Positions 1-8,039 of a stretch of 64,000 nt of DNA are shown here, piece by piece. How positions within the stretch are numbered: position 1 is the first letter of the stretch; the number at the start of each line of letters is the position of its first letter. The position numbers and the translations under genes were made by a program. This stretch comes from a virus. A model generated the notes under the pieces. That model was not told the origin of the DNA. It saw nothing but the letters and a program-made list of their open reading frames with translations, and made no database searches. The stretch lies in IMG/VR virus record IMGVR_UViG_3300046697_000072; one strand, written 5' to 3'.

Positions 1-270
1 TACGGTGCGGACCTCTCCGGTGCGAACCTCTCCGGTGCGAACCTCTCCGGTGCGAACCTCTACAGTGCGAACCTCTCCGGTGCGAACCTCTACGGTGCGG
101 ACCTCTCCGGTGCGAACCTCTCCGGTGCGAACCTCTCCGGTGCGAACCTCTACCGTGCGAACCTCTCCGGTGCGAACCTCTACGGTGCGGACCTCTCCCG
201 TGCGAACCTCTCCGGTGCGAACCTCTACGGTGCGGACCTCTCCCGTGCGAACCTCTCCGGTGCGGAGGGT
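1..270 (+). repeat. Tandem 15-nt coding repeat with 90-nt and 45-nt higher-order units
   Basis: nt 1-90 and 91-180 differ at one base (tacagt vs taccgt). nt 181-225 and 226-270 are near-identical 45-nt units. The array runs off the window edge. Confidence 0.9.
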
Positions 271-627
271 ATAAAGGATCTCGCTTCTCTGGAGTGGTTC
301 ATGAGAAACTTCAAGAAAACCAAACATGGAGTGATCGTGTATAAGTGTTTTCACGGCACTTTCGCTCCAAATCCATGCTGGAAAATCGAACCGGGGACCG
401 TCCTCACCGAGATCTGTGGACCAATGCCGACCGATGACTGCGCCTGCGGCTTAAACTTCGCCACGTTGGAATGGGTCAGAGCGAATCACCCCGGGAAAAT
501 CATCTGGCGTTGCCTGATCCGCTGGGCGTGGCTCCCCGGAGTTGTGATCCCGTGGAATACGAACGGGAAGGCCCGGTGTTCGAAACTGATGCTCTTACGG
601 CCACTGAAGGAGGGTGAAACAAAATAG
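1..627 (+). CDS. Pentapeptide-repeat protein, 5'-partial, with Cys/Trp-rich C-terminal domain
   Basis: Frame 1 is open from nt 1 and reads [15 protein letters not shown] ... (about 17 A[DN]LxG-type pentads, nt 1-270). It continues in-frame into track ORF 301..627. Track ORF 5..274 (RTSPV repeats) is the same repeat read in the wrong frame. Confidence 0.8.
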   Translation, partial: YGADLSGANLSGANLSGANLYSANLSGANLYGADLSGANLSGANLSGANLYRANLSGANLYGADLSRANLSGANLYGADLSRANLSGAEGIKDLASLEWFMRNFKKTKHGVIVYKCFHGTFAPNPCWKIEPGTVLTEICGPMPTDDCACGLNFATLEWVRANHPGKIIWRCLIRWAWLPGVVIPWNTNGKARCSKLMLLRPLKEGETK

Positions 628-674
628 TACGGGGCAGGCTCAGCCTGCCTCCCGCTCCAATGGGTGCCTGCACA

Positions 675-688
675 GTGCAACTTTGGAC
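675..688. repeat. GTSCAACGTTGSAC dyad motif, degenerate copy
   Basis: GTGCAACTTTGGAC (core G>T). Intergenic, 41 nt upstream of ATG 730. Confidence 0.55.
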
Positions 689-729
689 TCGGAGGCTGTC
701 TGAACAACAGCCCACAGGAGGAAGCGCCT

Positions 730-1269
730 ATGTTAAAACCAGACCTAAATCCGCACTGTCTGTTCCCGGAGATATGCGGGCCGAAGAACGGGTACCAATG
801 CGAGAACTGGCTTCGCAACTTGGAGGGGTGTGCGGCTGTTCACACCCGAAAAGCAGCGCGGTCCATGGCCACCGACAAACGCAAGAGCGCCCTAAGAGCC
901 GATGTGGACGCAAAGATGAAGGCGCACGGCTACGACGGCACCTTTAGGCTCGAATTGCTCTGGGAGATCATCGACTCCCTGGTGGATGAGTGCGCCACCT
1001 GGGAGTGGGCGGTCGGCAAGAAGGACAAGCAGATCTTGGACCTGGCGGATGAGTGCGCGGGTTCTACCACGATGGAATACCGCTGCCTCTGGGAAGAGAG
1101 ACTTGCAGGGGAGTGGTATCCATTCAGCGGAAAGGTGCAAACTTCGGAACTGTGCCTAGCCGAAGCCGAAAGACGAGGGCAATCCCCTGAATACCGTATG
1201 GTACACATCGAGGCCCGGCGGAAATCTAACCGGGAGTGGATACCCCCGTGTGACGTGCAGGGGTCCTGA
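730..1269 (+). CDS. Hypothetical protein
   Basis: Track ORF 664..1269. The internal ATG 730 is preceded by AGGAGG (about 716-722), so it is the likelier start. Confidence 0.6.
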   Translation: MLKPDLNPHCLFPEICGPKNGYQCENWLRNLEGCAAVHTRKAARSMATDKRKSALRADVDAKMKAHGYDGTFRLELLWEIIDSLVDECATWEWAVGKKDKQILDLADECAGSTTMEYRCLWEERLAGEWYPFSGKVQTSELCLAEAERRGQSPEYRMVHIEARRKSNREWIPPCDVQGS

Positions 1270-1628
1270 TGTCTTTCCGCTTCACGCCCGAGCAGGTAAA
1301 GGAGATCTTCCAGAACAGCCGCGCGAAGAAGCCTCGTGCGCTGGTGATCCCGCCCGGAACCGAGCTTATGGTCCCGGACCTGGACTACATGCCGTGCCTG
1401 CCCAAGCGCCAGCCGTGGCAGCTATTCCCGACCCGACCACGGGAGTACAAGAAAGCCGTCGCCGTTCTGTCCAAGATGCAGCGATGCTCCCGCACAGGGA
1501 AGGCTTTCTCGGCTCTGTACGCCGAGCTTCCGACGTGGGCTCAGTGGCGGGAACGGTACAACGTGATGGCTTGTGTTAGACCGGGGATGCGATTTCAGAA
1601 ACGCGCTCCCCGCAGAAAAAAGTCTTGA
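1269..1628 (+). CDS. Hypothetical protein (119 aa)
   Basis: Track ORF. TGATG stop/start overlap with the upstream gene. Confidence 0.6.
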   Translation: MSFRFTPEQVKEIFQNSRAKKPRALVIPPGTELMVPDLDYMPCLPKRQPWQLFPTRPREYKKAVAVLSKMQRCSRTGKAFSALYAELPTWAQWRERYNVMACVRPGMRFQKRAPRRKKS

Positions 1629-1654
1629 CAACGACGCATTAAAAGAAGTATGAT
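1625..1654 (+). promoter_or_regulatory. Sigma-70-type promoter (early)
   Basis: TTGACA (1625-1630), 18-nt spacer, TATGAT (1649-1654), with an upstream A-tract. Followed by GATATCACAGA...ACACAGGAG and ATG 1681. Near-duplicate of the promoter at 3651-3679. Confidence 0.7.
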
Positions 1655-1680
1655 ATCACAGAAAACACAGGAGATACCGA

Positions 1681-1863
1681 ATGCAGAACATCGACACCAA
1701 TACCGCCCGCCTGTACTTCGATGACGGTACGGTGCGGACTTTTTCCGACCAATCCATAGCGTATTCCGTATGGCTTGGTCTTCGGCGCGGAATTCGTTGC
1801 GCCTTCCGGGGGGCCGGGGATATCCGCCCTGTCTATTCCTGGGATTACGTGGATAACTTATGA
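1681..1863 (+). CDS. Hypothetical protein (60 aa)
   Basis: Track ORF. AGGAG lies 8 nt upstream of the ATG. First gene after the promoter. Confidence 0.6.
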   Translation: MQNIDTNTARLYFDDGTVRTFSDQSIAYSVWLGLRRGIRCAFRGAGDIRPVYSWDYVDNL

Positions 1864-2168
1864 CCCACGAATACACGCCCGAGGAAGTGCGTGAGCGCTT
1901 CATTGAATCCGTGCGTAGCATCGTGGACTACTGGGAGCACGTCCCGAATCCGTATGGGACGAGAGAAAGCGGGGTAGCCTTCTCTATCTTGTCCATGTTG
2001 GATGGCTGCAATGGCGGACTCCCCGGCTTTGTAGTGGCACCGGCTCCGCACCCGGACGACAAGCAGTACTACATTGACCATGGAGAAAACTACTACCCCG
2101 AAGCCCCTGAAGTGAAATGTGATATCGCCGGGGGGCTGCATGAACATTTTGCCAAGGAGAAACCATGA
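1860..2168 (+). CDS. Hypothetical protein (102 aa)
   Basis: Track ORF with ATGA overlap to the upstream gene. Confidence 0.6.
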   Translation: MTHEYTPEEVRERFIESVRSIVDYWEHVPNPYGTRESGVAFSILSMLDGCNGGLPGFVVAPAPHPDDKQYYIDHGENYYPEAPEVKCDIAGGLHEHFAKEKP

Positions 2169-2383
2169 CCCGCTTGCTGCTGGACTTCCTGAAATACCTG
2201 GGATGGTGCCAACACACGAAGTATTCTTTCCCCCGCACTGACCCGGCCACCGGCGTTATGAGCACGGTCTGTTTGGACTGCACGCATCGCTTCGAGTACG
2301 ACTGGGAGCACATGCGCCGGGGTAAACCGGTGCCGGACCCCGCAACCCCGCGTCCAACGTTGCACAAGGAGGTGACACAGTGA
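2165..2383 (+). CDS. Hypothetical Cys-containing small protein (72 aa)
   Basis: Track ORF with ATGA overlap. Confidence 0.55.
   Translation: MTRLLLDFLKYLGWCQHTKYSFPRTDPATGVMSTVCLDCTHRFEYDWEHMRRGKPVPDPATPRPTLHKEVTQ
2352..2365. repeat. GTSCAACGTTGSAC dyad motif copy
   Basis: GTCCAACGTTGCAC directly abuts the SD AAGGAGG (2366-2372). GTG start at 2380. Confidence 0.9.
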
Positions 2384-2970
2384 AGCTCATCAACCGAGCA
2401 AGATTGGTCTACCCCGATCAGCGGGTTCAACTACTCGGGCTTTTCCAGGTCGAAACCGCCGTGTTCCGTTGGGTCTGCCAAGACACCGACCGGCGCTTTG
2501 ACGGCGTAGACTACGTGGACAAGCCCTCGGCGGTTGTCGGCCTGCGGGTGACCGTAGAGGGTGACCCGGCTTTCAAAGGGTGCGATCTAACGGTCAAAGA
2601 GATCGAGCCATCCCCGGAAGAACGGGCGGCACTATTGATGGCTCAAATGGCTGTGAGGGAAGTGGGACGGGCTGAAAACCTTGAGGATTTGTGCGATAGG
2701 ATTGAAGCACTTCAACCCACGATTGCACTGATTATTCAGGAAGAGACCGGCCTGTCTGAACTGTTGGAGCACGCCAACACGATTCTCGCCTACCTAATCA
2801 CTCGTGGCGGCCATCGGGACTTATCCTTAGGTGGCCTGATGCTCAACCTTTTGGGGGCACTCGAAAAGACCTCTGGTGTCAAGTACGACGCCTTGCGGAA
2901 GGCTCTGACCGAGCCGCCCCCACAAATCATCCCCGCGCGCAACATGCCGGGGAACAAGTTGGTGCAGTAG
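2380..2970 (+). CDS. Hypothetical protein (196 aa)
   Basis: Track ORF with GTGA overlap and a strong SD. Confidence 0.65.
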   Translation: MKLINRARLVYPDQRVQLLGLFQVETAVFRWVCQDTDRRFDGVDYVDKPSAVVGLRVTVEGDPAFKGCDLTVKEIEPSPEERAALLMAQMAVREVGRAENLEDLCDRIEALQPTIALIIQEETGLSELLEHANTILAYLITRGGHRDLSLGGLMLNLLGALEKTSGVKYDALRKALTEPPPQIIPARNMPGNKLVQ

Positions 2971-3051
2971 TTCATCTCCTGTGGCTCTGCACCCTCCGGG
3001 GGGAGTGGTGGCGTTGCCCGTCCGCTCTCCCCGGTATGAAAGGATTCTCAT

Positions 3052-3289
3052 GAAAGACGATACACGAAGGAAAATCTTTTGTAAGGCTCGCCAATTGGGG
3101 TTCTCTGTCAAGATGTCTGCCGCCGCCTTTGACCTTGCCGCCCGCGCCTTATGCCGAATGGCACAGAACGGGGATAGCGACATCCGGAAAGCGCTGGAAC
3201 AGGAAGCCCCAGATATCGACGCGGCCACGGACTACGCGGCAGAAGTTTTGTGCCGTGCAACGTTGGATTGCTCTGAGGAGGTGAAATAG
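3052..3289 (+). CDS. Hypothetical protein (79 aa)
   Basis: Track ORF 2981..3289. ATG 3052 (MKDDTRRK) is preceded by AAAGGA. Confidence 0.5.
3255..3268. repeat. GTSCAACGTTGSAC dyad motif copy
   Basis: GTGCAACGTTGGAT (last base off consensus). Followed by SD GAGGAGG and ATG 3292. Confidence 0.85.
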
Positions 3290-3291
3290 TC

Positions 3292-3534
3292 ATGAAGCAC
3301 ACAGTAGATCTAGTAGTGCAGTGCGATACCGTGGGCGACCTTTTGGACGCGCTTGCACAAATCGCCAAAGACTCGCATACCAGCGACTTGCTTGACGCCT
3401 CGATTGACGGGCCGAACGGCGAGATATTCAACAGGTTCAAGATCGTTCGACGCACTTTGAGTGACAATTCCGAGGTGCTCGACTTTGAACTCATAGAAGA
3501 AGATCCCGGAGGTGATCCCGAAATCGTAACGTAG
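3292..3534 (+). CDS. Hypothetical acidic protein (80 aa)
   Basis: Track ORF with a GAGGAGG SD. Confidence 0.6.
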   Translation: MKHTVDLVVQCDTVGDLLDALAQIAKDSHTSDLLDASIDGPNGEIFNRFKIVRRTLSDNSEVLDFELIEEDPGGDPEIVT

Positions 3535-3545
3535 GCACAATACGG

Positions 3546-3568
3546 GGGCCGGACAGGGATTCCGGCCC
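3546..3568 (+). terminator. Terminator-like hairpin (no U-tract)
   Basis: GGGCCGGA-cagggat-TCCGGCCC, an 8-bp GC stem 12 nt after stop 3534 and upstream of the promoter at 3651. Confidence 0.4.
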
Positions 3569-3650
3569 ATGGCGGCTTGCCCCACTTCCGGGTACGTTTC
3601 AAGATGCTCAAGTGCCGCTGGTAACTCAAACGGAGCACCGAAAAAACCTC

Positions 3651-3679
3651 TTGACATCGCAGCGCAAAACGGCTACGAT
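3651..3679 (+). promoter_or_regulatory. Sigma-70-type promoter (early)
   Basis: AAAAAACCTC-TTGACA (3651-3656), 17-nt spacer, TACGAT (3674-3679). Followed by GATATCACAGA...ACACAGGAG and ATG 3715. Confidence 0.75.
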
Positions 3680-3714
3680 ATCACAGAGCAACAAAACACA
3701 GGAGCAAAACACCG

Positions 3715-4779
3715 ATGCAGGTAAACACAAAAGAGTTCGCCGCCGAGGTCGATTTCGCGGCGAGATTTATCGACAAGAAAAGCACCGTCCCGATTCTGGG
3801 CAATGTCGCCCTGATTGCCGAACCCGGCAAGATCGGACTGGCTGCAACCGACCTGGAGACCGCAGGGATCACCAGCGTCAAAACCAAAGGCAAAGGCGAG
3901 TGGTCCGTCTGTACCCCGGCTGGACTGCTGCTCAAGTATTTGCGGAAAGTCGAAGAGGAGTCCGTCGAACTGAACGCCAACGGCCCAATCCTGGAGATCA
4001 CCCACGGACACGGCGGGAAAGTGACGATCAACGGGATGTCCACGGAGTCATACCCGGAGTTGCCAGCACCCAAAGCAACCGTCCAGTTGAAGAACCTGGC
4101 TTTCGCCTTACCCCGCGTGATGTTCGCCATCTCTGCGGAGGAGTCCCGGTTTACGCTGAACGGGGCACTCATGGAGATCGGCGAAGCCGGTTCCCGGATG
4201 GTTGCCACGGACGGCCACCGGTTATCGCTGGTCGATCTGGACTGCGAACCGAAGGACAAGCTCAGGACGCTGATCCCGAAGAAAGCACTGTTCGAGGTCA
4301 ACCGGCTCGTCAAAGAGAACACCACGGTCTGGTTTGGGATGGATGACAACCACCAGATTTTCATAACCGGGAAACGGGCGATTGTCTCGAAAAAACTGAC
4401 CGGGAATTTCCCTGACTGGCAGAGAGTGATCCCGAACAACCCGCCTCACAAGATCGACATCCCGGTGCAGGCTCTTTCCAAGATCTTGGACCGGGTGGTC
4501 ATATTCGCAGATGTCCGGGCCAAAGCAGTTAGGTTCTCGCTTCAGAAGGGCTGCTTGACGGTTTCGGCCATGGCCGTCGAGGTTGGTAACGCCTCCGGCC
4601 AAATCCCGGTCGCATGGGGCGGTGAATCCATGGAGTTTGAATTCCATCAGCCCTATATACAGGACATCCTGAAGCTGTGCGCCACCCCGAACACCGAGTG
4701 GCAGTTCACCGAGCCAAAGAATGCCTCGCTGTTCAGCATGGATGGCTGGGTGGGGGTAGTTATGCCGATGCGTTTGTAG
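3715..4779 (+). CDS. dnaN: DNA polymerase III beta sliding clamp (phage-encoded)
   Basis: 354 aa. N-terminus reads ...FIDKKSTVPILGNVAL...GLAATDLE..., with internal ATDGHRL. The length and three-domain layout are typical of DnaN. Confidence 0.85.
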   Translation: MQVNTKEFAAEVDFAARFIDKKSTVPILGNVALIAEPGKIGLAATDLETAGITSVKTKGKGEWSVCTPAGLLLKYLRKVEEESVELNANGPILEITHGHGGKVTINGMSTESYPELPAPKATVQLKNLAFALPRVMFAISAEESRFTLNGALMEIGEAGSRMVATDGHRLSLVDLDCEPKDKLRTLIPKKALFEVNRLVKENTTVWFGMDDNHQIFITGKRAIVSKKLTGNFPDWQRVIPNNPPHKIDIPVQALSKILDRVVIFADVRAKAVRFSLQKGCLTVSAMAVEVGNASGQIPVAWGGESMEFEFHQPYIQDILKLCATPNTEWQFTEPKNASLFSMDGWVGVVMPMRL

Positions 4780-4781
4780 TA

Positions 4782-4795
4782 GTGCAACGTTGGAC
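4782..4795. repeat. GTSCAACGTTGSAC dyad motif copy
   Basis: GTGCAACGTTGGAC starts 2 nt after the dnaN stop and abuts the SD AAAGGAG of the next gene. Confidence 0.9.
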
Positions 4796-4810
4796 AAAGG
4801 AGAGCAATAC

Positions 4811-6700
4811 GTGAACGAACAAACGACCGCGCTGGTCCCTCAACAGGACATGAGCGCATTCACGGAATATAACCGTGATCAAATCGAACTCGTCAAAGCC
4901 ACAGTTTGTCGTGGCGCAACCGACGATCAGTTGAAGCTGTTTCTAACGGTGTGCAAACGGACTCAGTTGGACCCGTTTGTGCATCAAATCTATGCCATCC
5001 AGCGAAAGAGCCGGGACGCATCCGGAAACTGGGTGCAGAATATGACAATCCAGACCGGCATCGACGGGCTTCGCCTAGTAGCCCAACGTTCCGGCGAGTA
5101 CCAAGGGCAGGAAGGCCCTTTCTGGTGCGGAGACGACGGCGTATGGAAGGATGTATGGCTATCTCCAGATCCTCCCGCTGCCGCAAAGGTGGCCGTCTAC
5201 CGCAAGGGATTCGTCAAACCAGTCTGGGGCGTGGCCCGATTCTGGGAATACGCTCAAACGACCTCCAAGGACGGTAAGAAGTTCCTGACCGGACTTTGGA
5301 AAACGATGTACAGCAACCAATTGGCCAAGTGCTCCGAGGCCCTAGCACTCCGCAAAGCATTCCCCAATGAAAGCTCTGGCCTCTATATCCGGGAAGAAAT
5401 GGATCAAGCTGGGCCTTCCACGATGGATGAACCTACCGCCGATGACCAGCGCCGGGTGGATAAGGTTGCCGACGATATGGGGGGCTACAAGGTCGGGCTG
5501 AAGGCCGTCCCGAAGACCGGACCGGCCCCGGAGCCGCAACCCGATCCGGTGAAGACGGTCGAGGTGAGGGCCGAAGCGCCAGATCCTGCCCCGGAGCCCG
5601 TCAAGGATGAACCGAAGCCCGATCCGGTGATCGAGTTCTGGGTGTGCTCTATCTCCAAGAAGTCCGGTAAAGACGTGCCTACGCCGGTTGAAGGGGAAGT
5701 ACCCCAGAATCGACAGGACACGGCCACACTACGCGCCCGGTCTTTGTGCAACGAGAAGGGCGTGACGTTCGTAGTAATCAAAACCCAGGACGGGAAGTTC
5801 GTCGATACGGTGTCGATCTGCAATCCCCTGTCTAAGCCCGCTCCGGCCCCTGCTGCTGCCCCGGCACCGGCTCCGGCCCCAACACCCAAGCCGGTGGCTA
5901 CCGGCGATCCCAAGGCCGCTGCGGAGACGATCAAGGCCCGGTTTAACGAGTTCGCGGCCCTGCTGGACCTGCCGGGTAAGACGGCCATTACGCGGTTCAA
6001 GGCGTTCGTGGCCGGTTACATGGGGATTAACCTGAAGGATCTCCCCAACAGCCCCCTGGAATGGCTGGAAGCTGTCGAGGAACTGGGGTATAGCCTGGGA
6101 TACGACCCGAACGAGTTCCGTTCCGGCCCGGAGTCTGCCGGCAAGCTGGCTCACCAGCGCCGGTTAGAGATTATGGGGTACATCCAGAAAGAATGGAAGG
6201 ACAGCCAGACTCAGACCTTGGCTCTGGAGGTGGCCCGTAAGTACGGATATAGGGTCAGTGACTTCCAGAAGTGGGCTGAGTTCATTGGGCTGGAGCCCAA
6301 ACTAGCAGAGGATGGTGCCTATCACTCTCTGTCTACCAAAGATGCCAACGCTTTCCTCCGGGCCTTCAAAGTCACCCGCGAGGCCGGTATCCTGCCAAAA
6401 CTGGCGAAGGATCACAACCTGGAGGTCTCCGCGATCATCGATCAGATCGAACAGCGCGGCCTGAAATGCAAGCTGGAGGAGTCCACGCCGGGCGACGTGG
6501 AGAACGCCATCAAGGGGTTCACGCTGGCCGTCAGGGAGGAAGCGAAAGCCGCCGCCGCCCCTACTCCGGTCTCGCCCTCAGCCCCAGTGAACGAGCCTTC
6601 TGGGACCGAGCCGCCAGCAGCCGAGGGTGGACCCGAAGCAGACGGATCTGGCGAGGAATCGGACGAAGGGCAAGATAACATCTTTGCGAGTCTGTTCTGA
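4811..6700 (+). CDS. recT: RecT/Bet-family single-strand annealing protein with a ~400-aa C-terminal extension
   Basis: N-terminal ~230 aa contain ...QLKLFLTVCKRTQLDPFVHQIYAIQRK...GIDGLRLVAQRSGEYQG.... GTG 4811 follows the SD (the track starts at TTG 4790). P/A-rich linkers are followed by extra domains and an acidic/hydrophobic tip, DEGQDNIFASLF. Confidence 0.8.
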   Translation: MNEQTTALVPQQDMSAFTEYNRDQIELVKATVCRGATDDQLKLFLTVCKRTQLDPFVHQIYAIQRKSRDASGNWVQNMTIQTGIDGLRLVAQRSGEYQGQEGPFWCGDDGVWKDVWLSPDPPAAAKVAVYRKGFVKPVWGVARFWEYAQTTSKDGKKFLTGLWKTMYSNQLAKCSEALALRKAFPNESSGLYIREEMDQAGPSTMDEPTADDQRRVDKVADDMGGYKVGLKAVPKTGPAPEPQPDPVKTVEVRAEAPDPAPEPVKDEPKPDPVIEFWVCSISKKSGKDVPTPVEGEVPQNRQDTATLRARSLCNEKGVTFVVIKTQDGKFVDTVSICNPLSKPAPAPAAAPAPAPAPTPKPVATGDPKAAAETIKARFNEFAALLDLPGKTAITRFKAFVAGYMGINLKDLPNSPLEWLEAVEELGYSLGYDPNEFRSGPESAGKLAHQRRLEIMGYIQKEWKDSQTQTLALEVARKYGYRVSDFQKWAEFIGLEPKLAEDGAYHSLSTKDANAFLRAFKVTREAGILPKLAKDHNLEVSAIIDQIEQRGLKCKLEESTPGDVENAIKGFTLAVREEAKAAAAPTPVSPSAPVNEPSGTEPPAAEGGPEADGSGEESDEGQDNIFASLF

Positions 6701-6711
6701 GGAGATACATC

Positions 6712-7044
6712 ATGGGAAACAACGCAGCGTTTACAAGTTTTGAAGCGTCGGTAATCGCCGTCTACAACAGGGGCGTTCTCGACAAGGAACTGCTCGATGC
6801 TCTGGCCGCTCCCTACGAGGGCATGGACATCGACCGGGGCGGCATGGAAGGCACGCTTACCAAGGACGGCCTGGACATCGACGGGGTGATCTGCAAGGTG
6901 TACGGCATCGTGCTGGCACCGTATCCTGACATCCCGAAGGACTGGCGCGAACAGACACCCGAGCAGCAGGACCTCAACGATGAATGGGTGGAAGCCAAGT
7001 ACGAGGCCATCCACAAGATCCAAGAGAAGTGGGGCTGGGGGTAG
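6712..7044 (+). CDS. Hypothetical protein (110 aa)
   Basis: Track ORF with GAGGAG SD. Confidence 0.6.
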   Translation: MGNNAAFTSFEASVIAVYNRGVLDKELLDALAAPYEGMDIDRGGMEGTLTKDGLDIDGVICKVYGIVLAPYPDIPKDWREQTPEQQDLNDEWVEAKYEAIHKIQEKWGWG

Positions 7045-7047
7045 GCC

Positions 7048-7722
7048 GTGTCCAACGTTGAACTAACGTACAACGCCGAGAAGCACGAATACCGAATCGG
7101 GGGCCGAAAGGCCCCCGGCATAACGACCGTGCTTTCGGCCATGTCGTACTATCCCTCTCAGGGGCACTACACGGATGAGAGCCGCAGGCGTGGAACGGCA
7201 GTACACCACGCCTGCTACCTCCTGGACGAGCACTGCCCCCAGGCAACCACGGTCGATGAGGCCCTGGAAGTCCTGGACCTGGACGACCGCCTGATCCCCT
7301 ACATGCAGGGGTACTTGGCTTGGAAACGGGAGAGCGGGTTCATCCCTCAGAGGCATGAGTTTCAGGTTTGCTCTGCCAAGCTGAACATCGCGGCCACACC
7401 GGACCTGTACGGGATATTCCCCGGACCATGCGGAGGTGTGGTTGAACTGAAGACTTGGAAAGCCGCCCCGCCGAAGTGCCAGCGATCCGCTGAACTCCAG
7501 ACCGCCGCGCAAGCCTTGATGATCGAAGAATACCTGGGGCTCCCGGTCGAGCGCCGGGTGGTGGTGGCGTTGACCGGGAACCCGGATCACCCACACCGGG
7601 CTTACGTCTGTGACCGGCCCGGAGACAAGAACATCGTAGCGTTCCTGGCACACGTGTTCTGGGACCGCGTTAACTCCCGGTTGCTGGAATGGACCGGGGA
7701 GGAAGAGGAGGATGAAGAATGA
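7048..7722 (+). CDS. PD-(D/E)XK (RecB/Cas4/YqaJ-like) exonuclease, partner of the annealase
   Basis: N-terminal ...EKHEYRIGGRKAPGITTVL.... D...ELK core (ATPDLYG...GGVVELKTWK). Acidic tail EEEEDEE. Confidence 0.7.
   Translation: MSNVELTYNAEKHEYRIGGRKAPGITTVLSAMSYYPSQGHYTDESRRRGTAVHHACYLLDEHCPQATTVDEALEVLDLDDRLIPYMQGYLAWKRESGFIPQRHEFQVCSAKLNIAATPDLYGIFPGPCGGVVELKTWKAAPPKCQRSAELQTAAQALMIEEYLGLPVERRVVVALTGNPDHPHRAYVCDRPGDKNIVAFLAHVFWDRVNSRLLEWTGEEEEDEE
7050..7063. repeat. GTSCAACGTTGSAC dyad motif copy
   Basis: GTCCAACGTTGAAC overlaps the GTG start codon (7048), giving the N-terminus (M)SNVEL. Confidence 0.85.
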
Positions 7723-8039
7723 TATCTGATAGAAGAAACTTAAATGTCGTTCCATCAGAGTTGCCCTGCGGGGCGCACCTACTGGCCGTGGCCTACGGGA
7801 CAGGTAAGGACGACTACCTAGCGGTAGTTCTTGGGTTCATCCCCGCCGAAGAAGGGATGCGGGAGAAGTGGGTGACCTGGATTTGGAACTCCGACCCCGG
7901 TTGTTTCGGGTTTGGGGATGGCCACTATATGAACCTGGGAGAAACTGGCTGGGCAAACTTTTGCGAGCGATCCAAGGAGTTCGTGCTGAAGGCAATTCTC
8001 TGGGACGAAGTTGGGCTGTTAAGGGGGACGGGTGTATGA
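7719..8039 (+). CDS. Hypothetical protein (106 aa)
   Basis: Track ORF with ATGA overlap. Confidence 0.6.
   Translation: MISDRRNLNVVPSELPCGAHLLAVAYGTGKDDYLAVVLGFIPAEEGMREKWVTWIWNSDPGCFGFGDGHYMNLGETGWANFCERSKEFVLKAILWDEVGLLRGTGV

Noticed and set aside
1-270. Tandem 15-nt repeats as a possible CRISPR array
   Set aside because: There are no unique spacers, the units are contiguous, and they are clearly protein-coding.
5-274. Track ORF encoding RTSPV repeats
   Set aside because: It is the pentapeptide-repeat array read in frame 2. Frame 1 gives canonical A[DN]LxG pentads, is open from nt 1 and continues into ORF 301..627.
3681-4439. Long antisense ORFs opposite recognised genes (for example 3681..4439, 7063..7755, 27170..27886, 12552..13175, 35842..36762, 37449..38528, 58038..58961, 58986..60173, 60516..61412)
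   Set aside because: These are shadow ORFs typical of GC-rich DNA. The opposite strand carries genes with recognisable family motifs, SD sequences and operon coupling, and these translations are low-complexity and R/P/G-rich.
5746-5753. Isolated half-sites and degenerate relatives (for example GTGCAACG at 5746 and 30125, GTCCAACGTCGAAG at 10065, TCCACGTTGG at 15306, TCGAACGTTG at 40711, CCCAACGTTCC at 5082)
   Set aside because: They have too few matching positions to separate from chance; AACGTT alone is expected about 16 times in 64 kb. They are not counted in the motif tally.
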